A stretch of 57,519 bases of DNA from Octopus bimaculoides (lineage: Eukaryota), in the NCBI RefSeq assembly GCF_001194135.2, contig NC_068987.1:91402719-91460237 (forward strand), in the 5' to 3' direction. Shown one piece after another: positions 36,836 to 50,899 of this stretch; the first letter of the stretch is position 1; the number at the start of each line of letters is the position of its first letter. The position numbers were made by a program, and so were the translations under genes. The notes beneath the pieces were generated by a model. The model saw nothing but the letters and a program-made list of their open reading frames with translations. It was not told the origin of the DNA and did no database searches.

Positions 36836-37110
36836 GTTCAATTTGTATTTTTCGCACACCACATTGGAATAATGGGATTAATTCAACAGTCGGCCGCCAA
36901 TTTCGTACATATCGATCTAAATATTCACCGACTGGAAGTTTTCAAGGATGAGAATCAGATATTTGTTGTCGTTGTCTAAGGAGCACACCTCTCCAGCCCA
37001 AATAATTTCCGCCTTATCAAATGCATGTTCTGGATTAATTTTGTAGGTGATCATGTAAAACTATTTTTAATTTTGAAAGCTTGTCGTTTCTGAGACGGAA
37101 CTCAGAACCT
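36836..37110 (-). mobile_element. Penelope-like GIY-YIG relic, opposite orientation to the adjacent RT
   Basis: TCI**GGNYLGWRGVLLRQRQQISDSHP*KLPVGEYLDRYVRNWRPTVELIPLFQC resembles ITC..C...YIGETG..LR.R...HRQQI.....KLPVSEHLD. Confidence 0.6.
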
Positions 37111-37672
37111 TCAGATTTGTGAATCCAAATTCTAAGACTTGAATTTCTGTATTTGAAACAAGCAGCAGAAAAGACTGAAAGAGTTAAAGTATATTTTGAT
37201 CGAAATACATTATACAACATCGATAGAAAGGGGAGACAACAGAAATCAGTTTAAGCCTTAAAAATGTAAAACAGAAACAAATGGCTTGTGGCATTTCAAC
37301 ATTAACTCCGTGAACATTGAGGCCTTTAATATATTTCATCAAAAGTTATCGTCATTAAAACGCACTTCTAAAATTGAGAAATATTTTGAAAAGGTAGAAA
37401 AAGGTTAAAAGCAAAAAATGATGAAACTATAACAGAATGTCTACTTGAGTATCAAGTATCTAAACAAATTTGGAGATCAAATATATTAATTGCATTTGGT
37501 ACAGTTGTGATAAAAGCTCATATCAAACTTGGCACAAAATTCTTGTTCCTGGAATCACTCTTGTAAAATTTCAGCTGTTAAAACGATATATATACTCTGC
37601 TTTATGTTCTGAGTACGTTTGCTTTCTTTTTAACTCATACGTACTTCACACGCGCGCACACAGACACACAGA

Positions 37673-37679
<7 letters not shown>

Positions 37680-37755
<76 letters not shown>

Positions 37756-37801
37756 ATACTCACATCTATGTATGTATGTATGTATGTATGTATGTATGTA
37801 T

Positions 37802-37851
<50 letters not shown>

Positions 37852-37852
37852 C
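37680..37852. repeat. (CA)n-(TATG)n-(TATC)n compound microsatellite
   Basis: Seen directly. Confidence 0.95.
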
Positions 37853-38565
37853 TCTGTATAATGGCATAAACGTGTAGAATAAATTGAGATCTCCTCCTGG
37901 CCTTAATAATAGCTATTATTCTCTATAGAAATATGTATGTGGAATGGTTTTGTTCTGAACATGAAAATGTGTTGGAATCTCCAAGAGAAACCGCCCATCT
38001 CTCTGCCTGTCTTTCTTTCTGTCCTGCCATTCTGGCTTGTGTTTTTGTCTATATGTCTACCTGTCCGTCTACCATTATATATATATATGTGCATGTGTGT
38101 GTGTGTGTGTGTGCATGTATATGTATATATATATATATGAATATACATACATATACACTCATCTCCTCTTCCATAGGTACATACATTCACACACACAAAC
38201 ACATACGCGCCCATACACACACAATATCTCACTGTCTACGTAATGCACGCATCCAAATGTTCATGATTTAAATCCATTTAGAATTCTATGCAACTTTGTC
38301 CTGCCAATTTTTTTCATCGCGCTCTTTCTCTCTCCCCCTCCTAGTATACATATACGTACATATATAAATGCAAACACACACATACACTTACGCACTCTCT
38401 CCCTCACACCCACACTCGCCAACCAATTCATATATACACCATTCTTTTCTAAAATTTAATAATCTACCAAGGAACAATACGAGGAGAAAGTTGTTCCCCT
38501 CCTTCGCCTCCTCCTCTTATTGCTGCTCATGCAAATTATAACAATAAAAAGAATGGTAACAAGAA

Positions 38566-38635
38566 CAAAGATGATGACGATGACAATGGTAATGATGATG
38601 ACAATGGAGATGATGATGATGATGATGATGACGAA

Positions 38636-38680
<45 letters not shown>

Positions 38681-38851
38681 GAGAAAGCAGACAGTAAGAC
38701 AAATATATCCATGAACGTGGAATTGAGGTCTTCTGCAAAAATAAAAGCGATTTGAAGTATTTTATCAACTTTAGGAGATATTTTAGTCTGCTTTGACAAT
38801 AATATGAGAAATAACACCACTAGCACCGAAACCATAACAATCACCACCGCC

Positions 38852-38883
<32 letters not shown>

Positions 38884-38895
38884 AACCACCACCAC
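38566..38895. repeat. (GAT)n and (GAC)n trinucleotide repeats
   Basis: Seen directly; explains the poly-Met/His/Ser/Val ORFs. Confidence 0.9.
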
Positions 38896-38984
38896 CGCTG
38901 CTATATCAGCGACCGACAACGCCACCAACAATAGCACCACCCAATCACCACTAACACCGCCAAGCTGTTCTTATTACTACTAAA

Positions 38985-39440
38985 CTATCACTTAAACTCC
39001 CAGCACCAGCTGAAACACTTGGCTTTCTTTCAACGACATGCCTCTGCCACACGAGCCCATCGAATGGCTTTCGTCCCCTCGCGTCTAAGGGCAGGCGCCC
39101 CAGCTCTGGCAATGCAGCCTTTATATGATTTGTGCTGAAGAATTGGTCGAGAGCTAATCTCTCCGCAAGCACATCAGTTGCACAGCCTTTCGTAAAAGCC
39201 TCTTCCAGCCTTTTTAACTAGCTCACCCTCTAATCTAGTTTTTTTGCCTTTACTCCTTCACTAAACCCAGATGATTCCACTGTAATAGCCGTTTTCAGAA
39301 CAAACCATTATTTGTTGTTGATAACTGCTCCCGTCAACGTTCGCTTGACTAATTCACTAATCCAATCTCTGTAGGCCTTGCGCGCTAGAAAGGACGCGTT
39401 GAGTTTCCAGTAATCGGGACTCTGTCTTGATCCAATTTGA
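38985..39440 (-). mobile_element. Tx1/L1-clade ORF2 fragment (endonuclease-RT linker)
   Basis: PDYWKLNASFLARKAYRDWISELVKRTLTGAVINNK*WFVLKTAI resembles the W(K/R)LN.SLL.....W..LK linker, followed by CIARA....REGTKA. Confidence 0.6.
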
Positions 39441-39459
39441 AATTTCTTACAAAACCACC

Positions 39460-40676
39460 ACAATGAGACTGGCAAAATATTTTGAAACATCTAACGGTTG
39501 GTTGCAAAAGCTCGTCGAAAACCATGAAATACTTTAGAAGCTTCATTCTGTTATGAAAGAGAGCAAAACATTTTCAAGTGAATTTATGCATAATACCCAA
39601 GTTGAACAGCATTATGGAAGTGCAGCAACTGTAGATGCAAAGAAGGTGAAATCAATAGCAAAGCAAAATGCGTTTGAACAATTGGCTGATAGGTGGGAAC
39701 AAAAACTTCTGCCTGGCAAATATGTGGCCAGTAACAAACAAGCTGATGTAGACCAGAAGCACATCCATCACTGACTACGGAGCTCAAGGCTAAATGCAGA
39801 AAGTGAAAGCTTTATCTTGGCTGCTCAAGGTCAGAGGTTATTGATCCGGAACTATTAAACCAATGTGATGAAAAATGGTGTAGAGCCAAAGTACTGATAC
39901 TACAACGATGGGTTAGAAACAGTCGACCACCTAATCTCTGGATGTAAGGTTTTAGCACCTGTAGAGTACAAATCAAGACATGATAGAGTTGGCCAATATA
40001 TACATTGGATAATGTGCCGGCATTATGGAATCAAGGCTGTTGACAAATGATACAAACACCACCCTGAGGCTGTAACTGAGGGAGAAAATGTAACTATTCT
40101 TTGGGACTTCCCAGTATGTACAGACCGGACCATCAAGGCAAAGAAACCAGATATTGTTGTGAAAGACCAAAACAATAAAGTTTGTTTACTGATTGACATG
40201 ATCATACCCTGTGACTATAATATCTCGGCAAAAGAATTTGTTAAGCTCAGAAAATATAAAGATTTGCTAATCGAAATCGAAAAGATGTGGCATCTCAAGA
40301 CGGTTACAATACCAGTGATTGTAGGAGAACTTTGAATGATCAAAAAGGGAACTGAAAATTATTTGAGAATGCTCCCTGGCTTACCATCCATGCAGGAACT
40401 GAAAAAGCTTGTTTTGACTTGTACACCATACATATTGACAACAGCAATGTTGTTGTGAATTTTCTTTCCTTTTTTCCCTTTCTTTTATTTGTTTACTTTT
40501 CTATTTTTTATTTTTTCCTTTTTCTCTCTGACTTTCTTACCCCCTTTCTCTATCACATGGCTTTGCAAATGACCAATCTGGTGTGTTTATTTTAATGGCC
40601 TACCAATGTATATCATGTGTTTCTCTGCCCTAGGTTTCAGGAAGACACTCGGCAAAAAATGGAAACCGAATTGAAA
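39460..40676 (+). mobile_element. R4/Dong-like RLE retrotransposon 3' fragment, subfamily B
   Basis: RLAKYFETSN.WLQKLV; W.QKL.PG.Y; L.AESESFILAAQ.Q; ETVDHLISGCKVLAPVEYKSRHDRVGQYIHW; ILWDFPVCTDRTIKAKKPDIVVKD; IPVIVG. T-rich 3'UTR, (GAT/AAT)n tail. Confidence 0.9.
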
Positions 40677-40743
40677 GATGATGATGAAAATAATAATAAT
40701 AATGATGATGATGATGATGATGATAATGATGATGATGATGATG

Positions 40744-40829
<86 letters not shown>

Positions 40830-40836
40830 AAGAAGA
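40676..40836. repeat. (GAT)n-(AAT)n-(AAG)n compound trinucleotide array
   Basis: Seen directly. Confidence 0.95.
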
Positions 40837-40837
40837 A

Positions 40838-41025
40838 AACAAACTATGCTGGATCATAGATATAGCATGCCCAGTTGACAACAAGGTATGCAATAAGGAA
40901 GAAAGAAAAGTCGATAGATGTGACAGGTTAGCTTGGGAAGTTAAGCAGTTGTGGTCGAGGAAAAAGGTAGCAATAGTACCAATAATTGTCGGAGCCCTGA
41001 GAACAGTGAGCAAAAACCTCGAGAA
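40838..41025 (+). mobile_element. RLE fragment, subfamily C
   Basis: NKLCWIIDIACPVDNKVCNKEERKVDRCDRLAWEVKQLWSRKKVAIVPIIVGAL.TVSKNLEK. Confidence 0.8.
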
Positions 41026-41071
41026 GTAGTACATCTCCAGCGTTAGAAGCTGTGCAAAAGCAATGATAATG

Positions 41072-41124
<53 letters not shown>

Positions 41125-41129
<5 letters not shown>

Positions 41130-41360
41130 TATTCAGACAAATACATAACAAAAATATCAGGACTTACAAATATATATAACATACAGAAAATTGCACTACT
41201 GGGTACTGCACACATTCTACGCAAAACACTTTCAATACAGTAAACATAAGAGCACCACAGCAAACCACAGCACATACCCAAGGCGCACAGAGCTGCGCTC
41301 GGTAGTGAAGTGAAAGCACGTTATAAAAATAAAACTACTGAACAATAATAATAATAATGA
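41125..41360 (+). mobile_element. R4/Dong-like subfamily A 3' end between (AAT)n arrays
   Basis: KYSDKYITK.SGLTNIYNIQKIALLGTAHILRKTLSIQ* plus the shared 3'UTR. Confidence 0.9.
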
Positions 41361-41363
41361 TAA

Positions 41364-41597
41364 CATTGAAAGTGAAGCGATGCATAGTGCCTCAAAAGTG
41401 AGTGTGGTACCAACTGTGATCGTGCACTTGAGAGAGCAATATTCTGGCATGAAAAGCTGCAAATACGAAACTCCATAGGAATTATTCAGTTGGTAGCCAT
41501 TCGTATTTGGAACAGTTCATGTGTTGAGAATAGCGTTGCATCTCTAAGTTGCGGGATGGAACGAAGACGTGAAATAGATAAATCAGAGGTTAAGTGA
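41364..41597 (+). mobile_element. RLE 3' end, subfamily D
   Basis: VSVVPTVI...GTVHVLRIALHL* (stop at 41545-41547), short 3'UTR, long (AAT)n tail at 41597-41720. Confidence 0.65.
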
Positions 41598-41600
41598 ATA

Positions 41601-41709
<109 letters not shown>

Positions 41710-41724
41710 GCAATAATGATGATA

Positions 41725-41905
41725 AAATTTTGACACGAGGCCAATCTTTTGAGGGGAGGGGGAAGCCGACTGGTATTTTATGTTTTATCAACTTGGAAAG
41801 GATGAGAAGAGATTTGGATCTCAATAACATTTGAACTCATAGCCGGAAGAAATGGTGCTAAGCACTTTCTCCGACTCGCTAAGGATTCTGCCAGCTCACT
41901 TCTTT
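41725..41905 (-). mobile_element. Decayed family 2 SINE
   Basis: atttgaactc...gctaagcac...gattctgccagctcac. Confidence 0.6.
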
Positions 41906-41942
41906 ACTACTACTGCTACAGCTGCTGCTGCTGTTGCTGTTG

Positions 41943-42010
<68 letters not shown>

Positions 42011-42051
42011 GCACAACCACAGCAACATATAATAATAATAATGATGATAAC

Positions 42052-42101
<50 letters not shown>

Positions 42102-42140
42102 TGATGATGATGATGATGATGATAACAATAACATAATGAT
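41906..42140. repeat. (ACT/GCT)n then (AAT/GAT)n arrays
   Basis: Seen directly. Confidence 0.95.
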
Positions 42141-43080
42141 CATGATGTTGATGAAAATGATAAATTTGATGAGAAAGAAAGAAAAGAAAATGCAGGAAAA
42201 AAAGAAGGGAAAAGACGAAGGAAAATATGAGGGGAAGGGTATGCGTACCGTTCAACAATATATCACATTAAGGATTGGCTTAAAAGTATTTTCAGTGATA
42301 TAAACTGCATATCAACCGTTGACGCTCTCCCACCTTCGACCATTGCTATTGCCAGCATCGTCAACAGCCACAAACAACACCATCAAAACACAAAGCAAAA
42401 AAAAAAAAAANNNNNNNNNNNNNNNNNNNNNNNNNNNNNNNNNNNNNNNNNNNNNNNNNNNNNNNNNNNNNNNNNNNNNNNNNNNNNNNNNNNNNNNNNN
42501 NNNNNNNNNNNNNNNNNNNNNNNNNNNNNNNNNNNNNNNNNNNNNNNNNNNNNNNNNNNNNNNNNNNNNNNNNNNNNNNNNNNNNNNNNNNNNNNNNNNN
42601 NNNNNNNNNNNNNNNNNNNNNNNNNNNNNNNNNNNNNNNNNNNNNNNNNNNNNNNNNNNNNNNNNNNNNNNNNNNNNNNNNNNNNNNNNNTATATATAAA
42701 TAAATATGTATGAAAAGAAAGTAAGAAAAAGATTACAAACGAATAATGATGGATGATGGAAGGTGAAACGTCGAGAAACATTTTCAATCCATTTATTTCG
42801 TCAAATATGACATTGCATTATTCTCCTGATAACAGATGTTCACGGACTTTTGATATTTTTGTCCATTTTCAATTTCTTTCCACAATTTCCTAACTGCCTC
42901 TTCTGAACTTCATTCCAATAGCTCCTTACTACCACGAATATAAACATATATGTATATGTATATAAATACACATTCATCTATGTATATATGTATGTATGTA
43001 TCTATCTATCTACATACACACACACACATACACACACATATATATATACCTACATATATATACATACACACATTTATATA

Positions 43081-43111
<31 letters not shown>

Positions 43112-43154
43112 CACGTATATATATATATATATACATATATATGATCTAACACAA

Positions 43155-43193
<39 letters not shown>

Positions 43194-43303
43194 CACACAC
43201 ACACATATATATATATGTATACAAACACATATATACATACACAAGAACATATATATATGTATGCCCTGCCCTACGCAGGATATATGTACTCGTCTATGTG
43301 TCC

Positions 43304-43356
43304 GTCCGACTGTCCGACTGTCCGACTGTCCGACTGTCCGACTTTCTGACTGTCCG
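43304..43356. repeat. (GTCCGACT)n 8-bp tandem repeat, ~6.5 units
   Basis: Seen directly. Confidence 0.9.
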
Positions 43357-43521
43357 TCTACCTGAATACATTGGCCCCTCTAGTGCCCTGCCTTTCTCTT
43401 CCTATTCCCCACACCCCTCTCTTCACTACCTGATCTCTACATCCGAAACTCTAACATTTTTGTCATTAAATGTATGTAGATGCTTACACAGGAGCTCCCG
43501 CGCACAGATACAGGCACATAT

Positions 43522-43583
<62 letters not shown>

Positions 43584-44802
43584 NNNNNNNNNNNNNNNNN
43601 NNNNNNNNNNNNNNNNNNNNNNNNNNNNNNNNNNNNNNNNNNNNNNNNNNNNNNNNNNNNNNNNNNNNNNNNNNNNNNNNNNNNNNNNNNNNNNNNNNNN
43701 NNNNNNNNNNNNNNNNNNNNNNNNNNNNNNNNNNNNNNNNNNNNNNNNNNNNNNNNNNNNNNNNNNNNNNNNNNNNNNNNNNNNNNNNNNNNNNNNNNNN
43801 NNNNNNNNNNNNNNNNNNNNNNNNNNNNNNNNNNNNNNNNNNNNNNNNNNNNNNNNNNNNNNNNNNNNNNNNNNNNNNNNNNNNNNNNNNNNNNNNNNNN
43901 NNNNNNNNNNNNNNNNNNNNNNNNNNNNNNNNNNNNNNNNNNNNNNNNNNNNNNNNNNNNNNNNNNNNNNATATGTGTGTGTGTGTGCACGCATATACAT
44001 ACATTTGAATATATAAAACTTGGAGAAGGAACGACATTTTTTTTGCACTGCAGGCGTTACATTCTCCATTGAAAATTTATATTATCATCGCTATTTCTCG
44101 TTCATATATTTCTTTTTTTTTTTTTAATATATTCCTCTCTTGTGGGAAATACTGCATGAATATTATTAATTGCTTATGTAACTTAGCACAGAAAAATAAA
44201 CTAAGTTTTAAAACAATTTTTAAAGACTTGCATTCGTAAAAAGAAGAATAATAACAACTAAAGGAAGGTAAAGCAAACTGAAAATTCTGAAATCTTTTAC
44301 AAATTTCAATATCGAAATTATTTATTTCTTAGAATGAATGACATTTTGTAGAATGATAGACGACACCTTGGTAATGGGAAATGGTTCCAACTGGGAATCA
44401 AGACAATATAATGGATTCTTGCACTGTAGAAGCTCAACATTCAGTTATACTTGCTGTCTTTTTTCCCAGCGAGATTTGGGTGGCAGAAATGGTAGCACAA
44501 TAGGCAAAATGTCTGGTTAAAGCTTAGTTTCTTTTCCTTCACGTTTTCAATTCAATATCCAGCGTTTGTTTTCTTTCCTGCTTTTCACGATCCAGGTTCG
44601 CTAAAATAAGTAAAAGGAACAAAAGAGTCGACCGTTTCTTTCTATCATTCAAGTATCGTGCTCGTGTGCTCATCTTAGAAACCTACATTCACACTGAATC
44701 AAATGGCTTGGTCTTCCATTCTTGCCGCCGTCTTTATATTTCGCTGCAGCCATACATTGGACTTCTATCAAGTGTCAGGAAATTTCTTCAACAATTTGAA
44801 GT

Positions 44803-45180
44803 ACATGGCTGTGTGATTAGGAAGCTCGCTTTGCAAACACGTGGTCATGGGTTCAGTGTCGTTATGTGGTGCCTTAGGTAAGTATCTTCTACTATAGCCT
44901 CGGGGCAACCAATGCCTTATAAGAGAATTTAGTCGACAGAGACTGAATGGAGACTCACCGTATAGGCGTGTGCGTATGCATTTGTGAATGTGTATGTTCC
45001 TTTATAGATGTTTGCTTACCACCCTGTAACTCAACAGTTTTTGTAGAAGAGACGGGTGGAATAACTAGCAGACTTAAGAAAATAAAAAAAAAACTGGGGT
45101 TGATCTGTTTCAGTAAACCCTGCAAAGCGATTCTTCATCCGGGCTGCACTTCAAAGACGGAAACAAGTAAAACGTAAAAG
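44803..45180 (+). mobile_element. Decayed full-length family 1 SINE
   Basis: Head catggctgtgtg..gggttcagt, core tcttctactatagcctcggg, tail gaaacaagtaaaa. Confidence 0.7.
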
Positions 45181-46915
45181 GTCTTTCTGGATATTCAATG
45201 TAGTCGAAAATGTTAAATCGCTAGACTCCATCGACCATGTGATGGGTGCCTTCTGTTAGAAAATGTTATAGCAAAATGGGCGCTTTGTAGTACAGGTGGA
45301 ATTTCAGTGCATTTGAATTATAGCCGTTGTGATGAGAATAATCCTTAGTCTAAATAGGAGAAACCCCCAGCGTCCAGGCGAGCTTCTGCTGGTTTATGTC
45401 ATATATTTATTATTGTAGTTTTAGTATGTGTCAGACGAGATCTTCTAAGTATCCTGTTCAAACTTGTAACGAAAAATCAGAAGTTAAAAAATTGTGAAAT
45501 ATGAAAGGCAAAAGAAAATTTTCGTAAAACATTTTAATATTTATTAGGAAATAAATAAATGTACTCATAAATAAGCCAATAATAATAAAATAGTTCATAA
45601 ATTTTAGTGAATTTCAATTGTTTGCGATTTAAACATAAGAGCAGCAATTTGAGGATTAGGTTCTACTAGACTACATGAACCCCAGGACATGAGTGTGACT
45701 GTATTTTGTTGAATCCCAGGGAATCAAAAACAAATTTGGTCACAGCGGCGCTTGAACTCAAGATATAAAGAACCGAGACAAATGCTGTATTTGGTACAAC
45801 TGTCAAACGTTTTTACCAATCTCCCATGTCAGGAACATTGTCATAAAAACTGAAATTTATAAAGTACTGATATGGAAAGTAACTTAATTTGTGTTCCTTG
45901 CTATATGTGCACAATGGCTCCTTCATTTCTCTAAAATAGTAATTGCTACAATAATATTAATATTATCATGACTGAAAGATAGATTGGTGAACAGAAGAAG
46001 TGAGAAAGAAGTGAATGTAAGCGTTGAGATGGAAACACAATGTGAGATAGGAAGTGAAAGCCGTGGAGTGCGAGGTGTGGAGTGTATAAAAATATGATGG
46101 TGAAAATAGAAATTAAAAGCAATATTTTTATTCAAATATACCAAAATGTTAATTTTAATAGGGGACAAAATCATACAGGTTATGCGAGGATATCTAGTAG
46201 CGAGTATGGTGTTGTTCGTTCTCTACTTCTCGTATGGTTAAAATAGTTTAAGACATTCGAAGCCGGATTTAGTGAAATGATGCGCGTAGAATTTAGAATA
46301 ATGTCAACTAACAGAAAAAAAGAAACAACAAAAATCTTGTAGCAGATAATCAATCAGGCTCAGTAACATCGAGAAATGGTCGTTGTGCCATACATTCATT
46401 TACGAAAGGCATTAACTGAAGAATAGAATGATTTCAAATGATAAAAATTGCATAATAAATATTCGTTCACAAACTCAATCTATATTTTGCATCTACAAAT
46501 AGCATTTGGGGGATCTTACTTGTGAAATTTGAAAATCGAATATGCGGTGTCACTAGAGTAATTGATCTATAAGTCGGTAGATTATACATGCATGCATACA
46601 TACATACATACATACATATATACATACATACATACATACATACATAAATACATACATACATGCATATAGTATATAAATATGCATGTATGTATGTCTGTGG
46701 GTGTGCATATGTATATAAGGGGATTCTAGGATGAAAAGCAGTTAAAATATATATGGTGTAAGCTAAATTGAGAAAACAAATACAACGAAAAAATAAATAA
46801 AAATAGTGCACTTCAGTAGAAAAAATTTCATTGAGTCTTGTAGTTGCATGGATATTATAAACACGTAGAATTGGACATAATTATGGTATGAGGAAAAATG
46901 AAAAATAAAAAGCAT

Positions 46916-46965
<50 letters not shown>

Positions 46966-48252
46966 TGTATGTATGAATATATGTATATATATATGTGTGC
47001 ATGTGTATGTGCATGTGCGTGTGTATGTATGGATAAAGGAAAAAGCAAAATAATAGGAACAACATTAAAAAGATATTATAATTCGTCCATGTGTAAGAAT
47101 CAAGTGAACAGAGTACAGAAAAAAAATTGGGAATATATTTACAATAAAATGACGGATCCTCCTTTTGTAAAAAGGTAAGTGACTATAAATATATATATAA
47201 TGTATAAATATATATATATATATATACATAATTTATATATGTATATATGGATGTATATGAATATATATNNNNNNNNNNNNNNNNNNNNNNNNNNNNNNNN
47301 NNNNNNNNNNNNNNNNNNNNNNNNNNNNNNNNNNNNNNNNNNNNNNNNNNNNNNNNNNNNNNNNNNNNNNNNNNNNNNNNNNNNNNNNNNNNNNNNNNNN
47401 NNNNNNNNNNNNNNNNNNNNNNNNNNNNNNNNNNNNNNNNNNNNNNNNNNNNNNNNNNNNNNNNNNNNNNNNNNNNNNNNNNNNNNNNNNNNNNNNNNNN
47501 NNNNNNNNNNNNNNNNNNNNNNNNNNNNNNNNNNNNNNNNNNNNNNNNNNNNNNNNNNNNNNNNNNNNNNNNNNNNNNNNNNNNNNNNNNNNNNNNNNNN
47601 NNNNNNNNNATATATATATATATATATGTTTCTGTTTAGGTGCGTGAGTATATGTGCGTGTGTGCGTGTGTGTTTGTGTTTGTGTGTGTGTGTACAAAAT
47701 TATGGCTTAGAAGAAACCTATGTCGATGTGATATGTTATTTGGGAGATGTAAGCAGCTTATGGCAAGAAAAATATGGCATTATAAGAGAGGAAAAGACTT
47801 GATGTTTGTTCTGAAAGAAAACTAGTAAGAATGGGAGAAAAAAATGAACGGAATATATTGAATAAAAATCAGAAGATGAAGAACAGGAAAATCAATATTA
47901 AATTGGTATTGGTGAGGACTGTAGTGGAACTAAGATGTAATAGATTGAATAGAAAAGATTGGATGTTAGAAACCAGGACGTAGAAACAGACTCCTGAGGA
48001 GAAAGACTCATAGACTGGAAGATATAGATGGCGCTGAGAGTTGGAATTGTAGAAGGAAAATAGGAGAAAATAGCAAATATAGAAACGCACATGCATTTCA
48101 CAAATGCACATGTGCATTTAAGTAAATGTGTGTTTGCGTCAATTTCTTTGTTCGCATGAATAATAATGACAATGTGTTTAAATACAGAACGTATTACCTG
48201 TTTACGTAATGCAGCTTATATATACATACATACATATATACATACACACAAA

Positions 48253-48283
<31 letters not shown>

Positions 48284-48411
48284 CCATCCATTCACACATA
48301 CCTACATACATGAATAAAATGGCGCTGTCAACATCAGACACGCACGCATAGAGGCCGTATAGAAATAATCATAATTATAATAATAAAAATTGTAATAATT
48401 ATTCTCATAAC

Positions 48412-48489
<78 letters not shown>

Positions 48490-48530
48490 CGTAGTTCATC
48501 TCCAGCGTTAGAATCTGTGCAAATGCAATG

Positions 48531-48563
<33 letters not shown>

Positions 48564-48716
48564 GAATAATAATATCACTTACAATAAAAACGATGGCCTT
48601 AGCATTGTTAACAATTGCATAAGCAATATTATCCACGACAAAACTTTGCAAACAACAGTCATGTTAAAATGAAAAATTAAACCGGAAATGGAATTGAAAA
48701 CGGGAATAACGTTAAT

Positions 48717-48950
48717 AATAATTTCTTTATTCCCCACAGGAGGCTAAACATAGAGGGGACAAACAAGGACAGACAAAGGGATTAAGTTGATTACATCGAC
48801 CTCAGTGCGTAACTGGTACTTATTTAATCGACCCCGAAAGAATGAAAGGCAATGTCAACGTCGGCAGAATTTGAACCCAGAACATAACAGCAGAAGAAAT
48901 CCCGCTAAGCATTTCGCCCGGCGTGCTAACGATTCTGCCAGCTAGCCGCT
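48717..48950 (-). mobile_element. Family 2 SINE
   Basis: Reverse complement of 2824-3058. Confidence 0.85.
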
Positions 48951-48954
48951 CTAC

Positions 48955-49017
<63 letters not shown>

Positions 49018-49436
49018 NNNNNNNNNNNNNNNNNNNNNNNNNNNNNNNNNNNNNNNNNNNNNNNNNNNNNNNNNNNNNNNNNNNNNNNNNNNNNNNNNNN
49101 NNNNNNNNNNNNNNNNNNNNNNNNNNNNNNNNNNNNNNNNNNNNNNNNNNNNNNNNNNNNNNNNNNNNNNNNNNNNNNNNNNNNNNNNNNNNNNNNNNNN
49201 NNNNNNNNNNNNNNNNNNNNNNNNNNNNNNNNNNNNNNNNNNNNNNNNNNNNNNNNNNNNNNNNNNNNNNNNNNNNNNNNNNNNNNNNNNNNNNNNNNNN
49301 NNNNNNNNNNNNNNNNNNNNNNNNNNNNNNNNNNNNNNNNNNNNNNNNNNNNNNNNNNNNNNNNNNNNNNNNNNNNNNNNNNNNNNNNNNNNNNNNNNNN
49401 NNNNNNNNNNNNNNNNNNNNNNNNNNNNNNNNNNNN

Positions 49437-49525
49437 TACATGAACTTCTAACTTGTTGTCTCTTGATGTCTCTGGGTGAGACTTGGATCCAACTTGTACA
49501 AATGCAAAGCAAAAGTCAAACATAA

Positions 49526-49596
<71 letters not shown>

Positions 49597-49600
49597 TAAT
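49437..49600 (+). mobile_element. Probable 3'UTR of another (AAT)n-tailed retrotransposon; body hidden in the gap
   Basis: A ~90 bp unique sequence ending in (AAT)n, with (AAT)n also at the far side of gap 49018-49436. Same architecture as the RLE copies but no coding evidence visible. Confidence 0.4.
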
Positions 49601-50702
49601 GCCAAAACTTTACCTAATATTGGTAAAATTGATTGTAGTGATAATAGCGACAATAACGATATAAGTACACATTTTAACAGCAACAACAACAGCATCAACA
49701 ACAAAGTTTTAAAAAAATGTAATGCTAACTATCCTATTAATAGCTATTATAATAATATTATTTATGGCGCCCGCAATTACAGAACTAACTGTCCCCCGTT
49801 ACAATGCATACTCCTACACTCACACACAGTAACAAAGACAATATTATAAACAGCGTTAATGATTGTGATAAGAATAATAGTAATGAGAGTCGTGGTTTAC
49901 GTAACAATAGTTATAATCGTAATAATAATATAGTTATCGTAGTGGCTCAAATAATAATTATAATCTAATAATGATGGCAGCGATAATGATATTAATGATA
50001 CGACTGAAAATAATTCCATCTATAGCAATCTTGACGAGACAAATATTGCATTGCACGTAACGGGAGATCAGAAGATATCTAACTGCTGAATACCAATTAG
50101 AGCAGTTATTGTCTATGCTGTAATACTGTGTATAAGCATATAGCGACTGCAACAAACCGCAAATCCACCAGAATTGACAATAGACCTACAATTGACTCTA
50201 AGTGTCGATGCATCGCACATATCAGCTTGTTCTCGAAACACTCAGTAAAAATTCTCTCCCTTTTCTGGTGACCAGCATCCACAGCCTTAAAAGCTTTAGG
50301 AACTTTCTTGGTCTTCGTTAATAGTGGAATATCATACAAGGAATACAATAAAGGAATACCAAACAAGAGAAGACCATCTTGTAATATATGCCGACGAGAA
50401 TCTTTAAATATTAGATGAGAACTGAGACTTCCTCCTAAATAGATTCTCTGGTTGCCACTATTACAAACCCTTCTCATATTACTCAAATTACCATAAATTA
50501 TTACGCTCTAACTGAACTAAATAAGGCTTTGTATTCAAATTCTCATCAATTCACCGTCTTCCCGATGGCACTTGTTGTCTAATGGACATCGAATCGTTTT
50601 ATTTTCTATTTCTTATCAATAGCTACGTCACTCTGATAACCATTCCGCTTTTCTAGAACTCTGTATTATTTCATGTTACACTTAGATTTATTCTGTTATA
50701 AG

Positions 50703-50853
50703 CGCAGGAGTGGTTGTGTGGTAAGTAGCTAGCTTACTAACCACATGGTTCCGGGTTTAGTGGCACCTTGGGCAAGTGTCTTCTATTATAGCCTCGGGTT
50801 GGCCAAAGCCTTGTGAGTGGATTTTGTAGATGGAAAATGAAAGGAGTGCGTCT

Positions 50854-50899
<46 letters not shown>

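Noticed and set aside
50140-50270. Possible Dong-like zinc-knuckle relic (RIDN...DSKCRC..HI)
   Set aside because: Too degenerate to support without an alignment.
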